Below are positions 1-8,633 of a DNA stretch of 64,000 nucleotides, piece after piece. The stretch is taken from NCBI GenBank assembly GCA_900547025.1, contig UREZ01000001.1, forward strand, positions 15,287-79,286, read 5' to 3'. Positions within the stretch are counted from its first letter, which is position 1; each line of letters opens with the position of its first letter. Under the pieces are notes generated by a model. The model had not been told where the DNA came from, did not search any database, and saw nothing but the letters and a program-made list of their open reading frames with translations. A program made the position numbers and the translations under genes. This DNA is from an uncultured Collinsella sp. (lineage in GTDB: Bacteria; Actinomycetota; Coriobacteriia; Coriobacteriales; Coriobacteriaceae).

Positions 1-91
1 CGATTTCAAACGGATACAAGAGTACCACCGGTCGCAATGGGGCCGAATAGCGGTCTCAAACCGCACCGAATCGGCAGCCGCCAGACTGGGG

Positions 92-294
92 TGGACAGTT
101 AGTTCAGATACGTATAAATCCTAGAGCTGGATTAGACACGAACACCCCTGTTTCAACTAATTTGGGCTCCCTGAGACCATGTAAACGTCCCGCTCGCCCT
201 CCCAAACACCCATTCAAACCCCATCCCAATCAAAAATTGCTCAAAACGCATCCCAAGCTGCCCCAGATTTATACGTATCTGAACTAACTGTCCA
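92..294. repeat. MITE-like element with perfect 29-bp terminal inverted repeats
   Basis: tggacagttagttcagatacgtataaatc (92-120) is the exact reverse complement of 266-294; non-coding interior; no obvious target-site duplication. Confidence 0.7.
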
Positions 295-329
295 GACCAT
301 TACGAACCAGGCCTCTTACCAGCCACAAG

Positions 330-360
330 TGATCCGTTTTCCTCCGTCCCCAACGGATCA
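330..360. repeat. REP-like hairpin, 13-nt loop ending GTCCCC
   Basis: tgatccgtt-ttcctccgtcccc-aacggatca; same loop recurs at 43573-43637 and partly at 52976-53003. Confidence 0.65.
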
Positions 361-404
361 ATAAGAAAAGAGGGGCTGTCCCGCGTTGATGGGACAGCCC
401 CTCT
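361..404 (-). terminator. Rho-independent terminator downstream of htrA-like gene
   Basis: 14-bp perfect stem agaggggctgtccc/gggacagcccctct followed on the minus strand by a T-rich tract. Confidence 0.8.
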
Positions 405-430
405 GGCTTCGGCATGTGCGAAATGGCTCG

Positions 431-1891
431 TTAGTAACCCTGGCCGTAGCCCTGACCCTGGCCCTGCTGGCCCAGCAGCTCCTCCAGGTACCGGCGCAGC
501 TGCTCGTCGGTAATACCGCCGTTGCCGGTGTCGGTCGAACTGTCGTCCTGCTGGTGGTTCTGCAGCTCCTCATCGGAGCCCAGCTCGACGGTGACCTTCT
601 TCTCCTCCTTGCCGCGCATGAGCGTGATCTCGACCTTCTCGCCCACCTCGTGGCTGCGCAGCGCGATGATCAGGCCATCGGCGCTCGTAATCTCGTCGTC
701 GCCCAGCTTGGTAATGACATCGCCCTCCTGAATGCCGGCCTTGGCGGCAGGACCATCCTCAACGACGCTCGCCACATACGCGCCGCTATCGGTGCTCAGC
801 TTGTTGGTGCGGGCGTTGAGCGCGTTGACGCTCGAAAGCGTAGCGCCCATGTACGGATGCACCGGCGTCTTGCCGCCGATGATCTGGTCGGCAATGTTCT
901 TGGCGTAGTTAACGGGAATAGCAAAGCCCACGCCCGAGCTGGAGCCCGAGTAGCTCTCGATGAGCGAGTTGATGCCCACCAGCTCACCGTTGTCGTTGAC
1001 GAGCGCGCCACCGGAATTGCCCGGGTTGATGGCGGCATCGGTCTGGATCATGTTGGCGTAGATAGTGTTACCGCTGGTAGAGCTCATGGCCGTGGAGCGA
1101 TACAGCGCCGACACAATGCCCGTGGAGACAGACTGCTCGTTGCCGAACGGCGAGCCGATCGCCATAACCCACTCGCCAACGTTGAGCTTGGAGGAGTCGC
1201 CAATTTCGATCGGCGTAAGCTTGGAGGCGTCGGCGTCCTTGAGCTTGATGACGGCCAAGTCGCTCGAGGCGTCGTTGCCCACGAACTCGGCCTCGTAGGT
1301 GGTGCCGTCGTCCATGGTCACCACGTACTGGTCATAGCCATCGACCACGTGGTTGTTGGTGAGGATGTGGCCCTCGGTATCGAGCACCACGCCCGAACCG
1401 ACACTGCCCGAGCTATCCGACTCGTCGGCAGACTGCGAAAGCGAGCCATTCTGGCTACCGCTCGAAGTGGCGGTGATGGAAACGACGGAGGGCAGGGCCT
1501 TGGCAGAAACGGCCTCGGCCAGCGTGGTGTCCTCGGAGTCGATCGTGATCTTTTGCGTCGACGAACCCGAAGCACCCGCCGTCACGGCATTCTTGCCGCC
1601 GCCGATATCGAGCGTGCCGCTCATAATGAGCGCAATGACCAGCAGGGCGCCGCAGGCACAGCCGGCGAGTGCCGTAATAAAGATCGGCAGCTTTTTGGTC
1701 TTGGTCTTGACCACCGTGTGCTTGTTTACAACCTGCTGACCGCCCAGCGGCTGGCCGGTCTGCGTGTCGTAGGCCTGCACATAGGGAATGTTGCTACCGG
1801 CAGGCGTCGACTCCACCTGCACACGCGGCTGCTGCTGGGTCTCGCCGGCGTTGCCCGCATCCTGGGGACGCTGGGAATCGTACTCGCTCAT
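431..1891 (-). CDS. htrA: HtrA/DegP-family serine protease with N-terminal TM anchor and PDZ domain
   Basis: ILTNNHVV, SDLAVIK and IQTDAAINPGNSGG catalytic-triad motifs; C-terminal PDZ (GPAAKAGIQEGDVI); ATG at 1891 with gaaagg RBS. Confidence 0.92.
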   Translation of the reverse strand: MSEYDSQRPQDAGNAGETQQQPRVQVESTPAGSNIPYVQAYDTQTGQPLGGQQVVNKHTVVKTKTKKLPIFITALAGCACGALLVIALIMSGTLDIGGGKNAVTAGASGSSTQKITIDSEDTTLAEAVSAKALPSVVSITATSSGSQNGSLSQSADESDSSGSVGSGVVLDTEGHILTNNHVVDGYDQYVVTMDDGTTYEAEFVGNDASSDLAVIKLKDADASKLTPIEIGDSSKLNVGEWVMAIGSPFGNEQSVSTGIVSALYRSTAMSSTSGNTIYANMIQTDAAINPGNSGGALVNDNGELVGINSLIESYSGSSSGVGFAIPVNYAKNIADQIIGGKTPVHPYMGATLSSVNALNARTNKLSTDSGAYVASVVEDGPAAKAGIQEGDVITKLGDDEITSADGLIIALRSHEVGEKVEITLMRGKEEKKVTVELGSDEELQNHQQDDSSTDTGNGGITDEQLRRYLEELLGQQGQGQGYGQGY

Positions 1892-2062
1892 AGCTGCGAT
1901 CCTTTCGTCAAATAACCAAAGGCCCGCCAAACATGTGGCGGGCCATCATTGTTCACGTTGAGTTGTACCCCAATATGCGGGCGCAAGTGTATGAGAACGC
2001 AATCTTTTAGGAAGGCTTAAGTTCTGCCGCAGACCCGAAAGGAATCCGTACCTGCGTCAAAA

Positions 2063-2095
2063 CCACCACAAAAGTGCCTGTCCCCTTTGTGGTGG
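2063..2095. repeat. REP-like hairpin, 13-nt loop ending GTCCCC
   Basis: ccaccacaaa-agtgcctgtcccc-tttgtggtgg just after the regulator stop codon. Confidence 0.6.
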
Positions 2096-2099
2096 AAAG

Positions 2100-2762
2100 C
2101 TAGTCCTTAAACAGATAGCCCACGCCGCGGACGGTGGTGATGTGCGCCGCGATCTGCGGACCCACCTTGGAGCGGATGCGTCGAATGTGCACGTCGACGG
2201 TGCGCGTGCCGCCGCAGTACTCAAAGCCCCACACGCGGTGCAGCAGCACCTCGCGGCTGTAGGCGCGGTTGGGGTGCGTCGCCAAAAAGCTCAGCAGCGA
2301 GTACTCCATCAGCGTCAGGTCGATGGGCTCATCATCGAGCGTCACCTGGTAGGTGGCCAGGTTAATCTCGAGGTTATCGATGTTGAGTACATCGTCGGCG
2401 GTGACGGTCTCCTCCTCGCCCATCAGGCGCTGCGCACGAGCCTTGAGCTCGTTGGGCGTCGCCGTGGGGCACACAAAGTCGGCATGCGCGTGATTCGGCA
2501 GGCGCAGGGTACCGAGCGCCTCGTCGTCGACGATCACCAGCATGGGAACGCCGCCGCGGTCGTCGAGCCATTTGGCAATTTGATCGATGCGGTCGCTGCG
2601 GATGCCGTCGGAGTCGAGGATCAGCAGGTCAAAGTCGTGCGCCGCAGTCGGCGAATCGGGGGTGGCCAGGCTCACCTCGACACCCAGGGTGGTCGTCAAG
2701 CTGCGGGCAAACTCGTGGAAGCGCGTCGTGCGCGCCATGAACAGGGCACTCTTTTCGGACAT
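2100..2762 (-). CDS. glnR: Atypical OmpR-family regulator, actinobacterial GlnR-like
   Basis: C-terminal wHTH VWGFEYCGGTRTVDVHIRRIRSK resembles actinobacterial GlnR; degenerate receiver (no acidic pocket, no KP); no kinase nearby; adjacent to GS homologue. Confidence 0.7.
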   Translation of the reverse strand: MSEKSALFMARTTRFHEFARSLTTTLGVEVSLATPDSPTAAHDFDLLILDSDGIRSDRIDQIAKWLDDRGGVPMLVIVDDEALGTLRLPNHAHADFVCPTATPNELKARAQRLMGEEETVTADDVLNIDNLEINLATYQVTLDDEPIDLTLMEYSLLSFLATHPNRAYSREVLLHRVWGFEYCGGTRTVDVHIRRIRSKVGPQIAAHITTVRGVGYLFKD

Positions 2763-2812
2763 ATCGGCCTCCAAAGAAATGAGCTCAATCGTACTGGAAC
2801 AAGCCAGCGCGA

Positions 2813-4150
2813 TTAGGAGTTCGCCAGGTAGTGCTTGATCTCCCACTCGGTGATCGTAGACTCAAACTTATGCCACTCGTCGCGCTTCTTTTTGAGGAAG
2901 AAGCTGTGGATGTGCTCGCCGAGGGCATCCTTCATAAACTGCGAGTCCTCAAACACGTCGAGCGCCTCTTTGAGCGAGCGCGGCAGCGGCGCGTAGCCGG
3001 CCTCGACCATCTGGCGGTCGGTGAGCTTGAGCGTCTCGGCCGTGGCCTCGGGCGGGAGCTCCAGCTTGCGCTCGATGCCATCCAGACCAGCCGCCAGCGT
3101 AACGGCGTTGACCAGGTACGGATTGGCCATGGGATCGGGACTGCGCAGCTCGATGCGCGTGGACAGCTGCTTGCCGGGCTTGTAGACCGGAATGCGGACC
3201 ATGCTCGCGCGGTTGCGCAGGCCCCACGTGGCGTACTGCGGCACGGAGTCGCCACCCGTGGTGATGCGCTTGTACGAGTTGACCGTGGGGTTGGTGATGG
3301 CGCTGATCTCGCGCGCGTGCGCCAAGATGCCGGCCATGTAGTGCTTGGCGATATCGGAGAGGTGGTACTTCTCGTCGTCCTCGCCCCAAAAGACGTTGTT
3401 GCCGTCATGGTCGAACAGCGACTGGCACAGGAACATGGCACTGCCGTCCTCGCCCGCCAACGGCTTGGGCATAAAGGAGGCGTGGCAACCGCTCTCGTAG
3501 GCCTGCTGCTTAATGATGAGTTTGGCCGTGGTGATGGCGTCGGACATGCTCAGGGCCTCGGCGTGACGCAGGCTCATGCCATGCTGTGAGCGGCCGGCGG
3601 CGTGGAAGGTGTACTCCACGGGCACGGACATCTTCTCGAGCGTGAGAACCGTGTTGCGACGCAGGTCGCGCGCGGCGTCGCTCACCGAAAGGTCAAAGTA
3701 GCCAACGTTGTCGAGCGGCTCAGGCGTGTTCTCGTCGGGGAAGTAGTAATACTCCAGCTCGGCGCCCACGTTGAGCAGGTAGCCGGCCTTCTCGGCCTTG
3801 TGGAACATACGGCGCAGGGCGTCGCGCGGGTCGCCGGCGAAGGGCTTGCGATCGGGAGTACACACGTCGCAGAAAACGCGTGCAACGCCGTTATGGCTCG
3901 GGCGCCACGGCAGGATTTGGAAGGTCGAGGCATCGGGGAACGCCAGCATGTCGGCTTCCTCGGGCGTGGCAAAGCCCTCGATGGCCGAGCCGTCAAAGCC
4001 AATACCCTCCTCAAAAGCGACCTCGAGGTCCTCGGGGCTAATGGCAAAGTTCTTGAGGCGGCCGAGAATGTCGACAAACCACAGACGCACAAAGCGGATG
4101 TCACGCTGCTCTACGGAGCGGAGTACGTAATCGATGTTCTGCTGGTTCAT
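2813..4150 (-). CDS. Glutamine synthetase type I-alpha family protein, apparently catalytically degenerate
   Basis: GFDGSAIEGF, GAELEYY, FMPKP, NSYKR and RIELRSPDP motifs present; metal-ligand positions substituted (see findings). Confidence 0.88.
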   Translation of the reverse strand: MNQQNIDYVLRSVEQRDIRFVRLWFVDILGRLKNFAISPEDLEVAFEEGIGFDGSAIEGFATPEEADMLAFPDASTFQILPWRPSHNGVARVFCDVCTPDRKPFAGDPRDALRRMFHKAEKAGYLLNVGAELEYYYFPDENTPEPLDNVGYFDLSVSDAARDLRRNTVLTLEKMSVPVEYTFHAAGRSQHGMSLRHAEALSMSDAITTAKLIIKQQAYESGCHASFMPKPLAGEDGSAMFLCQSLFDHDGNNVFWGEDDEKYHLSDIAKHYMAGILAHAREISAITNPTVNSYKRITTGGDSVPQYATWGLRNRASMVRIPVYKPGKQLSTRIELRSPDPMANPYLVNAVTLAAGLDGIERKLELPPEATAETLKLTDRQMVEAGYAPLPRSLKEALDVFEDSQFMKDALGEHIHSFFLKKKRDEWHKFESTITEWEIKHYLANS

Positions 4151-4215
4151 GTCGCTCCCCTTTCTTTCGGGCGGGTTTCGACTGGTCTATATCGCAGATA
4201 CTATCGCAGAAAAAT

Positions 4216-4231
4216 GTTTCCGCAGGGTTAA
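4216..4231 (-). promoter_or_regulatory. Putative GlnR box upstream of the GS homologue
   Basis: minus strand tTAAC-cctgcg-GAAAC matches the actinobacterial consensus gTnAc-n6-GaAAc. Confidence 0.6.
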
Positions 4232-4283
4232 AGCATATCAAGCGCTCAAAAAACGTGCGAGGGCGGGTGACGATGGCAAGTAA

Positions 4284-4655
4284 CTAACGCTCGGATTCGG
4301 AGACAATTTGCCTACAGGCTCGTTCCAGTGCGGGAAACTCCATCGTCACTGCATCCCAAACAACCAAGCGGTCGACATTGCCGTAATCATGCGCAAGATA
4401 ATTTCTCATGCCGATAATTCCACGCCACTCAATTTCGGGATGAAGACGCTGCGAGCGCTCCGACAGCTTGCCCGCTTCTTCCGTCACCCTAAGCGCACAC
4501 ATCAAAAGGGAGTCCGCCAACGCCCTCGTCCGCACATCATTCGCATGCAGAAACTGGTCCTCGGTGATATCAAAAGCCTTGATGCGCTCGTTCGTTTCGA
4601 AGATAGCCTCCAAGACCTCTTGCGCGCGAAGGCTGTCTGACTTACGCGCGATCAT
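4284..4655 (-). CDS. HEPN/DUF86 (HepT-like) RNase toxin
   Basis: RNYLAHDY = RX4HXY motif; PEIEWRGIIGMRN; overlaps the upstream MNT gene. Confidence 0.88.
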   Translation of the reverse strand: MIARKSDSLRAQEVLEAIFETNERIKAFDITEDQFLHANDVRTRALADSLLMCALRVTEEAGKLSERSQRLHPEIEWRGIIGMRNYLAHDYGNVDRLVVWDAVTMEFPALERACRQIVSESER

Positions 4656-5136
4656 AAACAATCACTCCTTCGCGCTCGATTGCCGCGGCAAGATCGCTAT
4701 CAAGATGATCACTCGAGACGAGGTCAACCTGCCTTCCAGTTTCTTTGCGCACCGCCTCACCAAATGCCGACAGCGCGAAAAGACCAAAGCCCTGCTCGCG
4801 ATCGACTTCGAGACGCAAGTCAATATCACTATCGGCATGCGCCTCGCCACGGGCATACGAACCAAAAAGAATCACGGTTTTGATGGCGGGAATCGAGCTG
4901 GCCGCCTCGCGGACGGCGGACTCAATCTGGGCAGTATCCAAAATGCCCGTCGCGGCGCTTTCGCTCGCAGAGCTTTTACCAAGTGAAGGAACAAACGGCA
5001 GAGAGCGCTCGCGCAGCATCTGCCTCATAAACATATTGACCGCAACAGACGAAGTCATGCCAAGCTCTTCGCACAGCTCAGCAAATGAGTCTTTAATTGA
5101 CGAGTCCACTCGCACACTCAGCACAGACGCAGCCAT
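4642..5136 (-). CDS. Antitoxin: RelB/DinJ-like RHH domain fused to minimal nucleotidyltransferase (MNT)
   Basis: N-term SVRVDSSIK...LGMTSSVAVNMFMRQMLRERSLPF (RelB/DinJ); C-term LFGSYARGEAHADSDIDL (GSX10DXD); ggagg RBS. Confidence 0.85.
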   Translation of the reverse strand: MAASVLSVRVDSSIKDSFAELCEELGMTSSVAVNMFMRQMLRERSLPFVPSLGKSSASESAATGILDTAQIESAVREAASSIPAIKTVILFGSYARGEAHADSDIDLRLEVDREQGFGLFALSAFGEAVRKETGRQVDLVSSDHLDSDLAAAIEREGVIVYDRA

Positions 5137-5178
5137 GGATACCTCCTGTATGACATTGTCTATATATTATCACACAGA

Positions 5179-6201
5179 CTAGCGCGAGGTCGAAGCGCGG
5201 TGTTCGATGTGGCCGGGAATCTCGATGCGCTTGGGGGCGAGCTTTGCGGCCTCGCCCACGGTGGTGGTAACAACGTCGATGCGCTCGGAAAGGCGCTCGA
5301 CTACGCGCTCGGCAATGGTGAGAGTGTCTTGCGCGGCCGTGGTGACGCCGCCAAAGAGCACATGGTTCCAGGGGTAGTCGTCAAACGTCGCGATCTTGAG
5401 CCCTGCCGGCAGCGAGGGACCAAGCTGTGCCAGTGCCTCGGTCAGGCGCAGAAAGACCAGGCCGTTGACGGCAATGAGGCCGAGCTTTTTACCTGCATAG
5501 CCGCGGATGGTCTCGTCCAAACGGCCAACGCCCGTGGCACCGCCATCGGCCAGGGTAACGACCTCGCCCGCAAGACCGCGGTGCAAAAGCTCGTCGGTAA
5601 AGGCCTCGGCGCGCTTGCGACGCACGGGGCTGTCGTCGCTTGCCTCGGTGAGCAGGCACAGGCGCTCGCTGCCAGCGGCGGTCAAGGCGTCTACCAGGCC
5701 GGCGACCAGCTCACGGTTGTTAGATGTCACCAGATCGACACCGCCGTCGGCAACGTCGCGGTCGAGCAGCACAACGGGCAGGCGCCCCGCGGCCGCGGCG
5801 ATCGCCTTGTCGTTGCCTCCGCAGGTGTTGACGACCAGGCCGTCCACGCCGGCATCGATAAGTCTGGTGAGCGACTCGGCCTCCTTGGCGGGATCGTTGC
5901 TGCTAATGGCCGTCATGAGCGAGCAGCCGCGCGCGGCGGCACTGGCGGAAAGGCCCTCGAGCATGGCGCTCGAGAACGGGTTGGCGATGTCGGCCAGGAT
6001 CACACCGATGAGGTTGGTGCGCGAGCTGCGCAGATTGCGCGCGGCAGCACGTGGGCGATAGCCGGTGCGCTCGATAACCGCCGCGATGCGAGCGCGGGTT
6101 TCCTCGGTCATCTGCCCGGGGCGGTTGTTGAGATAGCGCGAGACCGTGGCCGGGCTCACGCCCGCCTCGGCGGCAATGTCCTTGATTCTCATCTGCGCCA
6201 T
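5179..6201 (-). CDS. LacI-family transcriptional regulator
   Basis: IKDIAAEAGVSPATVSRYLN HTH plus sugar-binding domain; start uncertain (6201, or up to 6249). Confidence 0.9.
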   Translation of the reverse strand: MAQMRIKDIAAEAGVSPATVSRYLNNRPGQMTEETRARIAAVIERTGYRPRAAARNLRSSRTNLIGVILADIANPFSSAMLEGLSASAAARGCSLMTAISSNDPAKEAESLTRLIDAGVDGLVVNTCGGNDKAIAAAAGRLPVVLLDRDVADGGVDLVTSNNRELVAGLVDALTAAGSERLCLLTEASDDSPVRRKRAEAFTDELLHRGLAGEVVTLADGGATGVGRLDETIRGYAGKKLGLIAVNGLVFLRLTEALAQLGPSLPAGLKIATFDDYPWNHVLFGGVTTAAQDTLTIAERVVERLSERIDVVTTTVGEAAKLAPKRIEIPGHIEHRASTSR

Positions 6202-6327
6202 GGCGCACCCCGTTTCCCCATTGTCGGCAGCCTGAGCCATTTTAGGCATTTTTTTAAAAATCTCGCTTGCAAAACGCTGTAGGTGAGCAGCGTCGTTTTT
6301 TGCGTCTCGAGCAGATGCGATGATGGG

Positions 6328-7020
6328 CTAGATAGACGAGTCTTTAGGCAGCTCAAAATAGTCGGGATGCAAGGCGATAACCGGGCCTTGCTCCTCGGGC
6401 ATCAGGTGCAAGTGCGTCTCTGCCAGATAACTCGCCGCATCGGTATCGCCCCTCTTAATGGCCTCGAGAATCCGGCGATGCTGCCGACGAATCGGCTCCC
6501 AATCCAGATCCTGCGACACCATACGCAACCAGTTGTATCGCTCAAAATGCGTGTTGATGCTCTTCATCCAATCCCACAACATGTGACGACCGGCAATTTC
6601 AAAACATGTCTCATGGAACAGGTTATCCAGGTCAAAGAAACGGCGCGTTTCGCCATGGTCGAGCGACTCGGACTCGGTAAGAATCTGCTCAAGCCGCTGC
6701 TTTTGCTCGGGCGAGGCGGCCGAACAGCATTTAATAAGCACGCTTCTCTCGAGCTTCTCGCGCAAAAAGCAGGCGTTTTCGGCGCGTTCCATGCTGATCT
6801 TAGAGACGTAGGTGCCGCTTTTGGGACGCGTTTCCACCAGCTCCTGCTCACGCAGGCGCACAAAGGATTCGCGAATGGGCGTGCGCCCGATTCCCGTCTC
6901 CTTTTCCAGACCAATCGCCGAAAGGCGCGTGCCGGGCTTGAGCTCGGCATAGATAATCTTGGAGCGCAATGCGTTGTACGCCTGATCTTGCAAGCTCTGA
7001 TAATGCTGGTGTTGTTCCAT
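6328..7020 (-). CDS. GntR-family regulator with FCD domain
   Basis: ELKPGTRLS...GIGRTPIRE...PKSGTYV HTH; LDNLFHE and HRRILEAI FCD motifs. Confidence 0.9.
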   Translation of the reverse strand: MEQHQHYQSLQDQAYNALRSKIIYAELKPGTRLSAIGLEKETGIGRTPIRESFVRLREQELVETRPKSGTYVSKISMERAENACFLREKLERSVLIKCCSAASPEQKQRLEQILTESESLDHGETRRFFDLDNLFHETCFEIAGRHMLWDWMKSINTHFERYNWLRMVSQDLDWEPIRRQHRRILEAIKRGDTDAASYLAETHLHLMPEEQGPVIALHPDYFELPKDSSI

Positions 7021-7153
7021 AAAGCCCTCGGATGAAGCTCACGGTTTGTCGAATATCACCACGTAATACTATCGCATCGACACGCCCCAGCTCCCAATCA
7101 GTCTTTTTGGGACGGGGTTCTTTTGGCTACCCTGACCCGCAGATCGGCCCCCT

Positions 7154-7315
7154 TGCCACAAAAGTGGCCTATCTACTACGTTAACACGGATAGCCTCGAC
7201 CATACCGAAAACCGTGAAAACAAAACCGCAGGTAGACAGCTTGTCGATTTTCGAAAAAGCCGACTATGGTTGACCCCTGCGACTTAAACGTAGTAGATAG
7301 GCCCTATTCGTGGCA
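7154..7315. repeat. MITE-like element with 29-bp imperfect terminal inverted repeats
   Basis: 7154-7182 vs reverse complement of 7287-7315: 25/29 match, perfect 17-bp core ggcctatctactacgtt. Confidence 0.65.
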
Positions 7316-7440
7316 CAGCACTACTCCATCCCAAATTGGCACCCCGAGCCCTCGTGAGTTGCCAACAAGCTGTTCGCCCAGCGCTTTATCCGCGCGGCAT
7401 TTGGAAAATAGCACCACCGCAAAACCCGCAAGTAGCGCTT

Positions 7441-7506
7441 ACTTTGCTATATCTCACTATACTTTGCTATATCTTGCTATACTTTGCTATATCTTGCTAT
7501 ATCTTG
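7441..7506 (+). repeat. Tandem array of about 6.5 10-bp repeats (actttgctat/atcttgctat)
   Basis: actttgctat atctcactat actttgctat atcttgctat actttgctat atcttgctat atcttg, immediately before the ATPase RBS. Confidence 0.9.
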
Positions 7507-7522
7507 AGCAAAGGTGGCTCAC

Positions 7523-8614
7523 ATGCAAACAAACCCTTTTAAGCCCACAGCAGGTAAAACACCTCCCACGATTATCGGCCGCGAAGATGTGCTCGAAGAA
7601 TTCAATGAGGGCCTCGTCAACGGGCCTGGTGCCCCGGGGCGCCTAATGCGCATAGCCGGCGTCCGTGGAACGGGCAAGACGGTCCTCCTTGACGAGTGCT
7701 CACGTTTGGCGCAAAGCCATGGCTGGACGGTCATAAAAGAGGTCGCAACCGAGGGACTTTGCCAGCGCATTCTCGAACAGCTGCAGCCCAAATTCCAGGC
7801 CAAACACGCCAGATTTGAGCCCACCGTAGCTGGCATATCCATCGGCAGCATAGATATTGAGCGAATCGGCCCATCGCTACGCGACGCCATGAGACAGACA
7901 ATATCCAAGAATGGAAATGGCCTGCTCATCACTCTCGACGAGGTTCAAGACGCAGAGCTCGATGAGGTCCGAACGCTCTCCATTGCGATTCAGCAGGTTA
8001 TCGGCGAAGACCTTGATATCGCCTTTGTTTTTGCTGGGCTGCCTTCGATGATTGAAAGCATCATCAACGGAAAGACACTTACGTTTTTGCGCCGTGCCCT
8101 CCCCTTTGATCTGAAGGCTGTGGCAGTAACCGAAGTGTCGTACTCCCTCGAGGAAACCATTGAAGCGTCTGGCATGGAGTTGCAGCCAGGTATTGCCGGC
8201 CAACTTGCCGAGGCAACGCAAGGCTATCCTTTCATGATCCAACTCGTTGGATACTACGCATGGCAGTTGGCAAGACGCGCACATACAGCGATTATTGGAG
8301 AAGAAGAAGCCGAGCGTGGCATTGCAACGGCACGCGAACGCTTCTGCGCCATGGTGATTGAGCCCGCGCTGCAGCGCATTCCGCCCACGTGCATCGCTTA
8401 TCTGCTGAGCATGGCGTCTTTGGGGCAGACGAGCTCGACCAGCATGGTTGCCGATGCCCTAAACAAAACGCCTCAACAGGTGAGCTCCGTCCGCAGCCGC
8501 CTGTTAAGAGAATCGATTATCGAGGCTCCTTCGTACGGCAAGGTCTCATTTGCCATCCCCTACATGCGCGACTACCTCTACGAGCACAAAGCCGAACTGG
8601 AAGCTGAACTGTAG
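7523..8614 (+). CDS. AAA+ ATPase with probable C-terminal winged helix
   Basis: NPFKPTAG..IIGRE N-terminus; Walker A GVRGTGKT; Walker B LLITLDEVQ; GYPFMIQ; C-term VADALNKTPQQVSSVRSRLL..II wHTH-like. Confidence 0.85.
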   Translation: MQTNPFKPTAGKTPPTIIGREDVLEEFNEGLVNGPGAPGRLMRIAGVRGTGKTVLLDECSRLAQSHGWTVIKEVATEGLCQRILEQLQPKFQAKHARFEPTVAGISIGSIDIERIGPSLRDAMRQTISKNGNGLLITLDEVQDAELDEVRTLSIAIQQVIGEDLDIAFVFAGLPSMIESIINGKTLTFLRRALPFDLKAVAVTEVSYSLEETIEASGMELQPGIAGQLAEATQGYPFMIQLVGYYAWQLARRAHTAIIGEEEAERGIATARERFCAMVIEPALQRIPPTCIAYLLSMASLGQTSSTSMVADALNKTPQQVSSVRSRLLRESIIEAPSYGKVSFAIPYMRDYLYEHKAELEAEL

Positions 8615-8633
8615 AAACGACAACTGCCCTGCA

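Noticed and set aside
2813..4150. Assigning the symbol glnA or calling it a pseudogene
   Set aside because: Loss of metal ligands argues against an ordinary GS, while the intact full-length frame argues against a pseudogene.
7441..7506. CRISPR or replication-origin interpretation of the 10-mer array
   Set aside because: No spacers, no DnaA boxes and no rep gene recognised.
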